From positions 62,001-126,000 of the forward strand of contig JAPMXV010000012.1 of NCBI GenBank assembly GCA_026936335.1: a stretch of 64,000 bases of DNA, read 5' to 3'. The notes under the pieces were generated by a model. The model had not been told where the DNA came from and ran no database searches. It was given only the letters and a program-made list of their open reading frames with translations. This stretch comes from Mantamonas sphyraenae STR306 (Eukaryota; Protista; CRuMs). How positions within the stretch are numbered: the stretch's first letter is position 1; each line of letters opens with the position of its first letter. The translations under genes were made by a program, and so were the position numbers. Positions 51,345-64,000 of this stretch are shown here, one piece after another.

Positions 51345-52078
51345 ATGGTGAGTGCTGTCTCCCCCATACTGTGTGACTCCCATGGTACTTACTCACTCCA
51401 TGAACCCTTTGCCACAGTCGCTGCTGCACGAAGAAGACGTGGAGCTGACCAGCACCCAGCGAAGCGAGTACGCGCACGTCGAACCGGAACGCAAAAAGAT
51501 CGCACCGCGTCGTGCCATGAGGCAACAATCCATGATGGAACAAGCAAAGTGAGTGTGAACCTGCCATACAGTGCCTGCTTGGCACCGTGTGTTGTCTGCA
51601 AACGCTGGCGTGCCACGCACGGCTGTGCCGTTTTGGGGTGGCGCGCTGTGCAACGACGACAACGGAAAACGGCAGTCGGAAACACGGCCCGTGGCCGCCA
51701 GCCAGAGCCAGAATGAGAGCCAGAATGACTGACACGTGTGGCCCCGTGTGTGTGTGTGTACGTGTGTGTATGTGTGGAACTGCGCCCACCCTGTGCAGGG
51801 CTCTGGCCGAAGCGGAGTTTCAGGAGATTCTGGAGCGGGAAAACGGAGAGATCGAAAGTGGCACGACGGCACAGGCTGCGTTCGGGTCGGGCCCCAGCAA
51901 GGAGGAGGAGTATGAAGCTGCGTTGCAGTTGCTCCAGGGCTCCACACCTTACTACCTCCAACCCGCCATCACCACATGGGACAAGGAGGGCACTCAGGCG
52001 TCGTTTGGACGCAGCACAGGGTTCTCCAAGCCCATCACCGAGGCCAGCGTGGACAAAAAGTTTGCAGATGACGAATAG
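51345..52078 (+). CDS. Small protein, possibly a SPAG8/FAP143-like axonemal protein; exons 51345-51347, 51418-51548, 51799-52078
   Basis: Two GTGAGT..CAG introns give a continuous frame. C-terminal YYLQPAITTW...FGRSTGFSKPI resembles the SPAG8 C-terminus. Family call is tentative. Confidence 0.55.
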
Positions 52079-52218
52079 AGGGGGTAAAACAGTCATCCAC
52101 TGTCACCATTGAAATGCTGTGTGTGTTTGTGTGTGTGTGCGTTGGTGTTTCCAATTCCATTCCTGTGTTGCATCCCTCTGTCTGCGCGGCACACTGTCGG
52201 TGATGGATGACCAGTGCA

Positions 52219-53325
52219 TCACTCCATGACCCAGCCGTGGCTGACGACAAGGGTCTGGCCCGTAAAGGCCTTTGTGCCGTGGCCGGCAAAGAAGAGGAAG
52301 GCTTCCGAGACGTCGTCGACGGTGGAAAACTCGGTGTCGACAGTGTCCTTGAGTGCCACCTTGGTAATGACGTCTTCCTGACTGATGCCCAGTTTGGAAG
52401 CCTGTTCGGGGATCTGTTTGGCCACCAATGCACTCCAGGTGAAACCCGGGCACACCACATTGGCGGTGACTCCAAACTCCGCCCCCTCCTTGGCCACCAC
52501 CCTGCACAGACCCACGATTCCATGCTTGGCAGCACAGTATGGCGACTTGAGCACACTGGCCGTCTTGCTGTGCGTCGAACCCATGTAGATGATTCGTCCG
52601 CCACGTGTTTCTCCCTCCGCACACATCACACGCATCGCTGCACGTGTCACCAGGAACGATCCGTTCAGGTGCACGTCGATGATCTTCTTCCATTCTGGGT
52701 GGGTGCGTGGGGGGGGGCGTCGTTGTTTAGGTGACGTGTGTCAGCAATTAACCCACGAGGAGATCAGCTTTCGCTTTCTCTTCCCCCCTCTCACCGCACG
52801 TACCGCTGTACTCCAAATCCTTCACTGCGCTGATGTACTGGTGTCCTGCATTGCTCACCACAATGTCCAAATACCCAAACTTCTCCACCTGTGCTCTCAC
52901 ACACAGGCACCCGTGCGGCGTCAGTTCCTCCCTCTCCTCCGCACACCGATTTCTCCTCGGCTTTCCTCTTCAACACCACCCCATCCCCCCCGCCCCCCCA
53001 CACACACACCCCACACACCACGTACAATCTCATTGACACAAGCGTCGACGGCTTCCTCGTCCGTGACATCCATCTGCATAGCCAGGGCTGTGCCTCCCAA
53101 CTCTTCGATCTCCTTCACTGTCTCCTCCAGCGGCTCCACACGCCTGCCTGTCACCACCACAGTGGCTCCATGCACGGCAAACTTCAGTGCAATGCCCTTG
53201 CCAAGGCCCGTGCCACCACCCGTCACCAATGCCACCTTGCCCTCCAGGTTGTTCTCGTTGCTCTTCTTCAGCTCCCCTTCCTCCGGCACATACTTCATCA
53301 CGCTCTCATCCAATTGCTGTGACAT
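52219..53325 (-). CDS. Short-chain dehydrogenase, D-3-hydroxybutyrate dehydrogenase-like; exons 53325-53026, 52888-52804, 52694-52219
   Basis: TGGGTGLG, SNAGHQ, GSTHS...KSPYCAAKHG (YxxxK), VCPG, LVAKQIP. Confidence 0.85.
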
Positions 53326-53542
53326 CGTGTTTTCCCCTTGGTCTCGTGTGAACGGTGGAATGAGTTGCATGCTGTGTCGCTGTCAGCCCCTCGCGCCGCC
53401 AACCCAAATCGTGAGTTTTTCGGCACTGCTTCCGCCCCTTGCGGTTTTTTTTCCGCCAACCCCTGCACCACGCCCGTGTTTCCTGTGCTCACCCGCATGG
53501 TGTGCCGTGCAGAAGTACTTGTTACCCCTCGTTCTACTCGAC

Positions 53543-54232
53543 ATGTCGACCAAGAAGATCATCACCCCCGAGGTACGTCCACGTGACGGCGTTGAACGCA
53601 TGCGAGCGCGCCCATAGAGACTTCCATCCGTTTCTCCACGCCGTCCAGACCCTTGTGCTGACTCGTTCTCACCCCCATCGGACCCCACTCGCCTTGCCAC
53701 ACACCCTGCGCACCCCGCTCTGCATGTGTATGGTCCATCACCCTCCGTCCTGTCCATCGCCACAGCTCTACCCGCTCTTTGCTTGCATCGGTGCTGGTGT
53801 CGCCGCCTCTGGCTACATCATGTATCACAACTCCGTGAACCACCCGGATGTGTCGTACGTTGTTGCCACTATCATCGCCACGGCACACCCTTTGCCCATC
53901 CACAAGGGCCCCTTGTTGCTCCAGGCCGTTTGTGCGGAGCCTCGCCGCTCCATCGGTCCACTGCGTTTTCGTCCACTCCTCCCGTGCTGACACACACCCA
54001 CCGCAACACACACTCGTGCAATCCCTTCAACCCATTAGCATCAACAAGAGCGCCCCGATGCCCTTCCTCAACACCAACGAGAAGAACTACCAGCGTGCGT
54101 TTTCTTGCCCCGGAGCTTTTTTTCCCTCTCTTTCCACACCCGCTCACACTTCACCCCTCCCGCGCAGACTTTTACCGCTGGGACCCCGAGGAGTACAAGA
54201 AGAAGTTCTACAAGACTTACGAGGACGCTTGA
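53543..54232 (+). CDS. NDUFA4/B12D-family small mitochondrial membrane protein; exons 53543-53572, 53766-53854, 54039-54094, 54168-54232
   Basis: Spliced PELYPLFACIGAGVAASGYIMYHNSVNHPDVSINK matches the B12D pattern. Probable 5'UTR intron at 53411-53512. Confidence 0.8.
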
Positions 54233-54371
54233 TTGCCAATGCAAGGCCTCTGGACGGAGAACAAAAGGATTTTCTGTCCTCCCCAAACCAAACCCTCATC
54301 GCCTCGCTTTTGCCCCCAGCACTCTCCTGCGCACTCTTGCCTCGTCGCCAAAGCTGCTGCTGCTTGGTTCG

Positions 54372-54403
<32 letters not shown>

Positions 54404-54412
54404 GTCTGCCCG

Positions 54413-57400
54413 TCATCCCGCATCGCCGCCATCCGGGTTGTCGGCGTCGTCGTCCTCCTCTTCTTCGTCGTCGTCTGTCCACTCGTCCTCGTCACTGCCC
54501 ACCTCACTCTCCTCGCCATCCACTTCCACCACAGCACGATGCACCATGGCTCGCAGCAGCGAGTCCACATACAACTCGATGGGCATGCCGCCTGTGGTGA
54601 GGCCGTTGCTACGTCTCACCAGTTGCTCCTCGCCCACCTTGCCCCTGCGTCGCCGTTCGTCGTCGCCACACCCACGCAACGCGGCAACCACCTCGCTCCC
54701 TTCCCGGTTCCCATCCACAATGCGCCACAGGAACACCGTGGACAGGTCGCCACCGCCAGCCACCAGCGATTCGTGGCTGCGTCGGTCACACCCCAGCCAT
54801 CGCAACACACGGCCGCCAAAGTCCTTCAGGTGCATGGGCACAATGGTCTTTACACGCGCGCCCGTCGTCACAGAATACACCTCCACCAGGTTGCCAAACA
54901 GCACGTACACGTAGTCGCTGCCCGTGTCTGCAAGCACGGGTGATGTGCCAAACCACGCATGCACCTCCCGCACGTTGCTCGGCACCCCAATGTTCACTCG
55001 CACTGGCTCCCACTTGCGCGTGCGAACGTTCAGCACCACCAACGAAAGACGTGCACGTTTCGGTGGGATCTCCTCGAAAAACACAAGCAGCGCAAGCTCG
55101 TAGCCACTCTGCAACAGTTCCGCACGCACCAGCTGACCACGACGTCGCACAGAACGATACCGTTGCCACGCCAATTCCACCAGCTTGCCACGTTCGTCGT
55201 ACGTACACACGGGAAACCGTTCTCCGTCCTGACCCGTACGCCGTCCGTTCACCTCCACCACCTCGGGCACAAACACACGTGTGCGTCGCCCTTGCCCATC
55301 GTTGCTGCTCGACACCCACTCCGCCAAACTCACGTCCCCTTCCACGTCAAACATACGCACCTGTTCCCGAACCTCCTCCTCCGCCCACTCCCCTCCGCTC
55401 ACATTCACACGCTTCCCTGCTCGCCACACGCATGTTGCACGCTTCTGTACAGGCGCAAATGCTGCCACGCTCAGGTCCACACGCATCTTCACACTCGGTT
55501 CCATCCATCCGAAACTGCTCTTTGCCCGCTCGCTGTACTCCCAAAGAAACACACGTCCGCGTTCGTCCACACTCACCATCTCCCCCACAAACTCCACAAA
55601 GCCCACAAACAGAACCCTGCTCTGGTGTGCCTTGAACATTTCGTGCTCCTGCCAACCATCCAGTGCCTCGTCGCTCCCCATCTCGGGCATCCCCCCCAGT
55701 CGCTTGCCAAACACCGCCTGTCCACTCATCGGTCCGTTCCACTTTACCACATCTCCGTTTGCCAGCCCACACATCACCGATGGCTGCGTCCCAAACAGCG
55801 TCATCGAATTGTGAAACGCCGTTGTTGCCACCCTCCCTGCTCCCTTGTCCACCACTGCATCCTGTTCCTCCTGTCCTTTCACCTTTCCCTTGCCCTTTGC
55901 CTTGCCTTTTCCCTTTCCCTTTCCCTTTCCGATTTCTCCCTTGTCCCCTTCCTCCTCCTCCTCCTCTTCGTATTTCCCCCCCGTCAAACTCTGCCCCACG
56001 CTCCGTGCCACCGTCGCCAGCGCCTCTGCGTCTGCTTCCAGTACACGTGTCATGGGCACAGCTTTGTCTTCCAGATTCGTGTCCCTCCCTGCCATGTACC
56101 CAGCATCCGGGTGCACACTCCACATCACCACTCCTGCTTCTCCAGCCACTCCTGCAATCTGCATGCTGTCCACACTCCAGCACAACTCCGTGCACGCCGT
56201 CTTTGGTCGTATTGTTTGTGCCTTTCGCTTCTTGATCCGCTCGTCCCACGACTTTGCAACACGCAGCGGCGTACCCTCGCTCCCCTCCTCCATCGAATAC
56301 ACGTACAGCTGCCCTTCGGTGTCGCAGCTCGCCATGTACTTGCCACACGGCGACACACTCGCACACGCCACACCTTTGCCATTGGCTGTCTTGAAGAACC
56401 GTGGCCGAAACTCCACCGACTGCAACCGTGTCAGCGCCCCCTCCCCCACCCCTCAGCGCACTTTACACACTCTCTCATCCCCTTACCTTCCAATACTCTG
56501 CTTCCAAAGCCCGATACTGTTGCATGGCAGGCGCCGAAAGCCTGCCAATGTCTTCCAGCGACAAGACAATCATATCCACGCCGTCGTCGTCCTCAAACAC
56601 GTCTGCGTCGCCGTCATCCTCGTCATCCATGGGGTCAAACACGTCATCCTTGGCCCGCTTGCCCCACAGACGTCCAAGCACCCCGCTGGACGAGCCCTTC
56701 CCTTTGGCAGCCTCCTCGAGGGCCGACGCCGTCATCCCGGCCGGCACCGCGCGCAGCACCCGCCGGCTGGGATCCTTGGCGCGTGTGTTGGCCATCTGTT
56801 GGTACACTTTGTACAACGTCTCCTGTTCGCTTCCCTTGGCCCTTGCCATGACGGGTCCCAGCAGCACCAGTTCGCTCAACCGACGAGCAAGTGCATCCTC
56901 CCACTGCACCTCCTCCACCACTTCTGCAGCCAACGCCTCCATCACCTCATCCAACATCTCCAAGCCTTGCAAACGCACCTCTGCCTCACGTACCTCCTCC
57001 TCACGTCGACCCACCAGCGCCTCTCCACGCAGTCGCCATCTTTCCTCCGCGGCCTCCACCTGCGCCATGCTCATCACAGGCACAACGCGTGCACTCAGCA
57101 TCTCTTCCACCGTGTGCCACACCAGCCCCTGCAGCCATTCCGCCACCCCACGTTGTCCTTCACGATACGAGTCCAATGCCCAGCGTCCATCGTAGCCACT
57201 GCTCCCTGCCTCGATGCCCGTACTCCTCTCCACATCCACCTCTCCCGTCCGTCTCGCTTCCGCATATTCCCGTTCCAACCGTTCCAGTTCCTCTTCCAAT
57301 GTCGGCACGTTGGCCGCCGCCCAAGCCAGCGCCGCCTCGACGCTCAACTCTTCTTCCTCGTGCTCCGTCTCCTTCTCCGCCGTCTCTTCCTCTCCTTCCT

Positions 57401-57947
57401 GCTCGCCATCCTTCCCATTTGCGTCTGACGTCTCCTTCTTGTCCGTTTGCACCACTTCATTCCCCAGTTCGTCCACATACGCCAGTGGCTGGAGCATGTG
57501 TTGTCGCTGAGCCAGCAACGCGGCACGCTCCTTCGCCAGTGCCTCCCGTTTGGCCCTCCAGCCTTCTCTCTTCACTTCCAGGCTGCGATTGCGCTCTTCG
57601 ATGACTTCTTGCACCCCAAGCTGTCGTTTCAGGTGCTCCTGCATCATGGTCATCTCCTGCTCCTCCAGCAAGGCAAGCACTTCCTTGCTGTGTGCCATGG
57701 CTGCTTCCACCGACGATCCATACGTCGCCTCCCGTTGTGCCATCTCCTCTTCGATCACTCGCATCGTCCGTTCCTGCTCCTCCATCAGCAGTTCCACCTC
57801 CCGCCGTTGTGCTGCCACCCGCTCCACCTCCAGCCGTTTCCACGCCAATTGCTCCAGCCTCTGGTCCAATGTCCGTTGTGCCACCTGTGCATTCAACGCT
57901 TCCTCCGCTCGGCGTAGTTCCTCCACCCGTTTGCGTGTCGCAGACAT
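54413..57947 (-). CDS. Coiled-coil plus WD40-repeat protein; intron 56420-56486
   Basis: N-terminal heptad-rich region; WD-like VSPCGKYMASCDTEG, AHQSRV..., LVAGGGD...LW. GTAAGG..CTGAC..CAG intron joins the two ORFs in phase 0. Confidence 0.75.
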
Positions 57948-58153
57948 GGCACCGGCGAGTCAGGAACGCCAAGAGTTGGTTTGCTCGAACCCGGGCCGCC
58001 AAACCGGTCCCCCTCTTCCAACATGTCGTCTTCATGTGACTCGCTGTGTCTTGTGTTGTGCTACAATCCTGCACGCGTCACCGTGCGGCTTCAGGCGCGT
58101 GTGGCTGTCTCTGCACGCAGCCACACGCGCACCCAACCAAAAACTCAGTGCCC

Positions 58154-61100
58154 ATGAGCTTGCGACTTTTTGCCGCTCTGCTTGCCATTGCTTTGGCAAC
58201 CAGCATGGTTTCCGCACAAACATACACATCACGGTACACCACCGGCCAGCGAGCAGTCTATCTGTTCGACGGCACTGGCAGTACCCTCACCGACGCCACG
58301 GGCAACCTGGACCTCACCCATCACAAACGGCGCTGCTCTCACCCGTACTGACGGCATCAGTGTCGACTACTCTTCCGACACAAACAAAAACAACGCCAAA
58401 TCGGCCACCTCCACCTTCAACTCGGACGGCGCCTGTATGTGATCCTCCCGCCTTGTGTTTTGCCTGGCTCGTTTCCGCCGACATTTGCCTTTTGGATTTG
58501 CTCAGAGACGAATTTCCCTCGCTCCCGCCGTTTTCCGTCCTGAGCCTGCCATGCACGCCAAGCCCATCTGCACGTCCTTGCCACCATCTGCTCACACACA
58601 CACACCACCCGTGCACGCAGTCACACACAACACCACCGGTCTCAGTGTCGAGGTGTTGCTCAAGGCGACCTCGCTCAGCGAGGAAGGCATTATTTTTGCC
58701 GCGCACGCAGACGCTGGTAACTTTTGCCCTTCCTTCCGCCACACACGCCTCCTTGTGCCCTTTCGGCACCGCCTCTGTGTTTGACACGTGCATACTCACA
58801 CATTGGGCCTGGCTACAGCGTGCGAGACGGGCGTCTTTACGCTCAAGCAGGTCAACCAGGACATCCACTTCATCACCAATCTGGACTCGTGCTCCGCAGG
58901 CAACCAGGCCTGCGGCAGTGGTTCCTGCGTCACCGGCGTGTTCACAAACGTCATCACATCCACAACCACCATGTACCACCTGGTCGCTGTTCAGACCCTG
59001 GCTGCTGCAGGTGCTTCCACAAAGACGCTGTTTGTCAACGGTGTCCAGCATGGTGAGCATTCAAGCCTGGGCGCGTTTTCCCCTCTTCCCATTGCCGCCC
59101 TTTTGCCGGCTCCAGCCCATGCCTCTCCCTGTGCCACAACTCCTCCTGTCTAACACGCAATCAATGCACACGCTGCGCCCATCTGCATCTTGTCCTGCCT
59201 TGCCATTCCCCGTCCACAGCCCAGGTCACGCTTTCCGACAACGGGACCGCATTGACCTGGAGCGCCACCGGCGCACAGCCCGTGGCCATGTGGAGCTATG
59301 TCGGCACAAACACCAACTCTCTCAGTTGGCAGGGCACCATCTTTCAGGCTGGTATCTACGCAAGCAGCATGTCACTGGCCAACGCCCTCCAGAATTACCA
59401 AGTATGTGCGCGCCCTTGCTTTTCTTTCTTTCCTTCCTGTTTCTCTTCCGTTTCCTGCCCTCTGTGCGCCTTGGCCCGCTGCAATACTTTGTCCTCCACG
59501 TCCGCACGGCTGCTTGCGAGCTGGCACATGCCTCCGCAATTGTTTTCCGCCTGCATGTGGCCTGCAATCCCGTCGGGTAACGCAAAGCGCCCGCCGGCGT
59601 CTTTGCAAACCTGCCGTTTCTGCGTTTCTCCGCCGAGTAACCACCCGTGTGAGAGGTTCTCACACCGCCCAACCTCCTTTCCACACAGAACTACTGGTAC
59701 CGCAAGGCCTTTACACAGGCCCTCACAGGCCTCACGCTCGCATACAGCACCACAGCCTCCGTTTCGGTCGGCATGACGCTGTCCAGCCAGGCCCTGGACC
59801 GCTTCTCCCTGCCTGTCTCTGTGCAGCTCACCAGCCTGCCCTCAAAGGGTTCTCTCTACGAGGCCGGTGTCCTTATTTCTTCCACGGGCACGTACACCAA
59901 CGAGTCGTACACCTACCTCTCGCCCTCGACGGTCAACACCACATTCACCTATCGCCTCACCAACGGCGAGGGAAGCTCCATCGAGCAGACCGTCGTCCTC
60001 AACGTCACCGAGCGCTTCAGTGATCCCACGCAAACCTCGCTTTCCTTCAACAACGGAGCAGGCACCACCGTGGCCGCGGGCTCGATTTTCCCCGTCAACA
60101 TCACTGCCAAGTACAGCGACGGAAGCGCCGTGTCTGGAGAGGCTTCTCCAACTGCAGACACCTACATTTGTCGCATCACAGGCTTCACCGACGTCACTGC
60201 CACACGCACAGCCAACTCGGCCAACTACCAGTGCTCGTACAACATCACCGTCGCCGGCAGCTATTCCTTGGCTGTCCTCAAGGACGGCACCACCGCCATC
60301 AGCAACTCGCCGCAGGCATTCACAGTCGCACCCAACACTGCCTCTGCTGCACACACCGTCATCATCGACGCCAGCGGCTACACAGGGGCACAGGGTGTCA
60401 CCGACGGCGTGGCACGCACCTTCCTTGTGCAGGCTCGTGACGCCTTTAGCAACAACCTCACCGACACCAGCACGGTGTTTGCAGCTACCTTGACGCACAC
60501 TGCCACCTCGACCAACGTGCCCGTTGCTTTCACAGCACACAGCGCATCCATTGGTATTCAGCAGGCGACATACAACGCGACCATCAGCGGTGCGTACACA
60601 ATTACGGTGACTGCAGGTGGTCAGCAGCTGTCCACCATCGCTGCAGGTGCGCCCACATTCAACCCGGGTCCCGTCGCTCTCGGCAGCATCCGTGTGCTGG
60701 ACACGAGTGGCTACACGGGAGCACAGGGTGTCACGGACGGCGTTGTGCGCACATTCACTGTGCAGGCACGCGACAAGTTTGCCAACAACCTGACCGACAC
60801 CAGCACGGTGTTCGCAGCCACCCTGACACACACGGCAACCACTACCAACGTACCTGTCGCATTCACCGACCTGACTGTGCTTTCTGGCATTGAGCAGGCC
60901 ACATACAACGCGACCATCAGCGGCGCGTACACTCTGACGGTGACTGCTGGCGGCCAGCAGCTGACGAGTGTGGCTGCAGGTGCGCCCACCTTCAACCCGG
61001 GACCCGTTGCTCTCGGCAGCATCCGTGTGCTGGACGCAAGTGGCTACACGGGAGCACAGGGTGTCACGGACGGCGTTGTGCGCACATTCACTGTGCAGGC

Positions 61101-64000
61101 ACGCGACAAGTTCCTCAACAACCTCACAGACACCACCACGGTGTTTGTAGCCACCCTGACACACACGGCAACCACTACCAACGTACCTGTCGCTTTCACC
61201 GACCTGACTGTGCTGTCGGGCATTGAGCAGGCCACGTACAACGCGACCATCAGCGGCGCGTACACGCTGACCGTGACTGCTGGCGCCCAGCAGCTGACGA
61301 GTGTCGCTGCAGGTGCGCCCACATTCAACCCGGGACCCGTTGCTCTCGGCAGCATCCGTCTGCTGGACGCAAGTGGCTACACGGGAGCACAGGGTGTCAC
61401 GGACGGCGTTGTGCGCACATTCACTGTGCAGGCACGCGACAAGTTTGCCAACAACCTCACCGACACCAGCACGGTGTTTGCAGCCACCCTGACACACACG
61501 GCAACCACTACCAACGTACCTGTCGCATTCACCGACCTGACTGTGCTTTCGGGCATTGAGCAGGCAACGTACAACGCGACCATCAGCGGTGCTTACACTC
61601 TGACGGTGACTGCTGGTGGTCAGCAGCTGACGAGTGTGGCTGCAGGCGCGCCCACCTTCAACCCGGGACCCGTTGCTCTCGGCAGCATCCGTCTGCTGGA
61701 TACGAGTGGCTACACGGGGGCACAGGGACGCACCGACGGCCTCGCACGCTCGTTCACTGTGCAGGCACGCGACAAGTTCCTCAACAACCTGACAGACACC
61801 AGCACGGTGTTGGCAGCCACCCTGACGCACACGGCAACCAACACAGTCGTTCCTTCTCCTTTCACAGTGGACACGGAGCTGCAGGGCATTGAAAAGGCAA
61901 CGTACAACGCGACCATCAGCGGTGCATACACTCTGACGGTGACTGCTGGTGGCCAGCAGCTGACGAGCGTCGCTGCAGGTGCACCCACCTTCCTTCCCAA
62001 TGTCGCGTTTGGACCCAGCTCCCGCGTGATTGGCAGGTGGCGCTGGCGACTTTGGAGGATTCACAGGTGCACAGGGTGCCACGGACGGCGTGGCACGCAC
62101 CTTCCTCGTGCAAGCGCGCGATGAGTTCTTCAACAACCTCACCGACACCAGCACGGTGTTTGTGGCCACGTTGACGCACACTGCCACCAACACGATTGTG
62201 CCGGTGACGTTTGCCGACAGCGTGGCAGCCTCGGGCATCGAGCAGGCCACATACAACGCGACCATCAGCGGTGCTTACACACTGACGGTGACCGCAGACG
62301 GCATGGCCATTGCCTCGTCCGGCGCGCCCACCTTCAACCCGGGACCCGTCGCTCTCGGCAGCATCCGTCTGCTGGACACGAGTGGCTACACGGGGGCACA
62401 GGGACGCACCGACGGCCTGGCACGCTCGTTCACTGTGCAGGCACGCGACAAGTTCCTCAACAACCTGACCGACACCAGCACGGTGTTGGCAGCCACCCTG
62501 ACGCACACGGCAACCAACACAGTCGTGCCGGCTCCGTTTGCAGTAGAGTCGCAGTTGACAGGTGTTGAAAAGGCAACGTACAACGCGACCATCAGCGGCG
62601 CGTACACACTGACGGTGACTGCTGGTGGCCAGCAACTGACGAGTGTGGCTGCAGGTGCACCCACATTCCTTCCCAATGTCGCGTTTGGGCCCAGCTCCCG
62701 CGTGATTCCGGGTGGCACGGGCGACTTTGGAGGATTCACAGGTGCACAGGGTGTCACGGACGGCGTGGCACGCACCTTCCTCGTGCAGGCGCGCGATGAG
62801 TTCTTCAACAACCTCACCGACACCAGCACGGTGTTTGCGGCTACGTTGACGCACACTGCCACCAACACGATTGTGCCGGTGACGTTTGCCGACAGCGTGG
62901 CAGCCTCGGGCATCGAGCAGGCCACATACAACGCGACCATCAGCGGTGCTTACACACTGACGGTGACCGCAGACGGCATGGCCATTGCCTCGTCCGGCGC
63001 GCCCACCTTCAACCCGGGACCCGTCGCTCTCGGCAGCATCCGTCTGCTGGACACGAGTGGCTACACGGGGGCACAGGGACGCACCGACGGCCTGGCACGC
63101 TCGTTCACTGTGCAGGCACGCGACAAGTTCCTCAACAACCTGACCGACACCAGCACGGTGTTTGTAGCCACCCTGACGCACACGGCAACCAACACAGTCG
63201 TTCCTTCTCCTTTCACAGTGGACACGGAGCTGCAGGGCATTGAAAAGGCAACGTACAACGCGACCATCAGCGGTGCTTACACTCTGACGGTGACTGCTGG
63301 TGGCCAGCAGCTGACGAGCGTGGCTGCAGGCGCACCCACCTTCAACCCGGGACCCGTTGCTCTCGGCAGCATCCGTGTGCTGGACACGAGTGGCTACACG
63401 GGGGCACAGGGACGCACCGACGGCCTGGCACGCTCGTTCACTGTGCAGGCACGCGACAAGTTCCTCAACAACCTGACCGACACCAGCACGGTGTTTGTAG
63501 CCACCCTGACACACACGGCAACCAACACAGTCGTTCCTTCTCCTTTCACAGTGGACACGGAGCTGCAGGGCATTGAAAAGGCAACGTACAACGCGACCAT
63601 CAGCGGCGCATACACGCTGACGGTGACTGCTGGTGGCCAGCAGCTGACGAGCGTCGCTGCAGGTGCACCCACATTCAACCCGGGTCTCGTGTACCCGGCA
63701 CAGTGTGCTGCAATCTCCCCAAGCGGTTTCACAGGCGCACAGGGTGTCGTCGCTCAGTCCCGCTTCTTCGACCTGCAAGGACGCGACAAGTTTGCAAACA
63801 ATCTCACTGCCGCGGGTGACGTCAGCTTTGTGGTCAGCTTCAACTCGGACGTGCACGGCACATCCACCCAGACCACAGAGTCCATCATCGACGGAGGTGC
63901 CGCCATCAAGCGCTACTCCTACAACGCAACCGTGTCTGGAGCCCATACGATCACTGTCACCGTGAACGGCGTCAACATCGCAGGCTCCCCATCCGCGGTC
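58154..64000 (+). CDS. Large secreted/surface protein with LamG-like domain and at least 11 filamin-type Ig repeats; 3' truncated; 4 introns; apparent +1 frameshifts at ~58318 and ~62032
   Basis: Signal peptide MSLRLFAALLAIALATSMVSA; LamG-like SVEVLLK...YHLVAV...LFVNG...WQGTI; repeats FxVQARDxFxNN...YNATISGAYTLTV. Introns 58435-58620, 58717-58818, 59053-59219, 59402-59688. Confidence 0.8.
60360..64000 (+). repeat. Coding tandem array of ~333-bp filamin-like repeats, with a ~675-bp higher-order dimer in the middle
   Basis: The caggcacgcgacaagtt/tacaacgcgaccatcagcgg cores recur at ~333-bp spacing; subtypes are distinguishable in the translation. Confidence 0.93.

Noticed and set aside
55-59688. 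Non-canonical or introner-type introns
   Set aside because: All introns I could map are GT-AG, and I saw no shared sequence or terminal repeats between them beyond splice signals.
1-64000. Alternative genetic code (TAA/TAG reassignment) suggested by the rarity of TAR stops
   Set aside because: No conserved gene needs an in-frame TAA/TAG read as sense, and four genes end at TAA/TAG at plausible C-termini.

Overview
This is eukaryotic nuclear DNA from a GC-rich, very gene-dense genome, most likely a flagellated heterotrophic protist (PLK4 with cryptic polo boxes, SRF-type MADS factor, TRPC4AP, synergin-like adaptor protein, hybrid histidine kinase). I could not identify the species. About 31 protein-coding genes fill nearly the whole 64 kb, using the standard code and short GT-AG introns with a conserved CTRAC branch point. 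Intergenic gaps are often only 10-150 nt and some genes overlap. No rRNA, tRNA, CRISPR array or transposon is supported. Recognisable genes: VPS45, a LIG6/Adl1-type DNA ligase, TatD, PLK4, an ERGIC-53-type lectin, MAF1, an SRF-like MADS factor, pescadillo, an RluA pseudouridine synthase, a K+ channel, a GH57-like hydrolase, an eIF4A-like helicase, TRPC4AP, an SDR dehydrogenase, NDUFA4/B12D and a large filamin-repeat surface protein. The best novelty candidates are: (1) two paralogous proteins whose vWA domain is split by an insertion carrying a ubiquitin-like domain; (2) prokaryote-style ATGA stop/start overlaps between co-oriented genes, which appears obligatory for PLK4->TatD and may indicate polycistronic or translationally coupled expression; (3) an F-box/MBD4-type glycosylase fusion; (4) a PAS-HK-REC kinase with a fused HPt-like domain; (5) a minimal SRF gene with a perfect CArG box in its own intron. 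All family calls come from motif recognition by eye, not database searches. Four single-base frameshifts in the last 20 kb are probably assembly errors.
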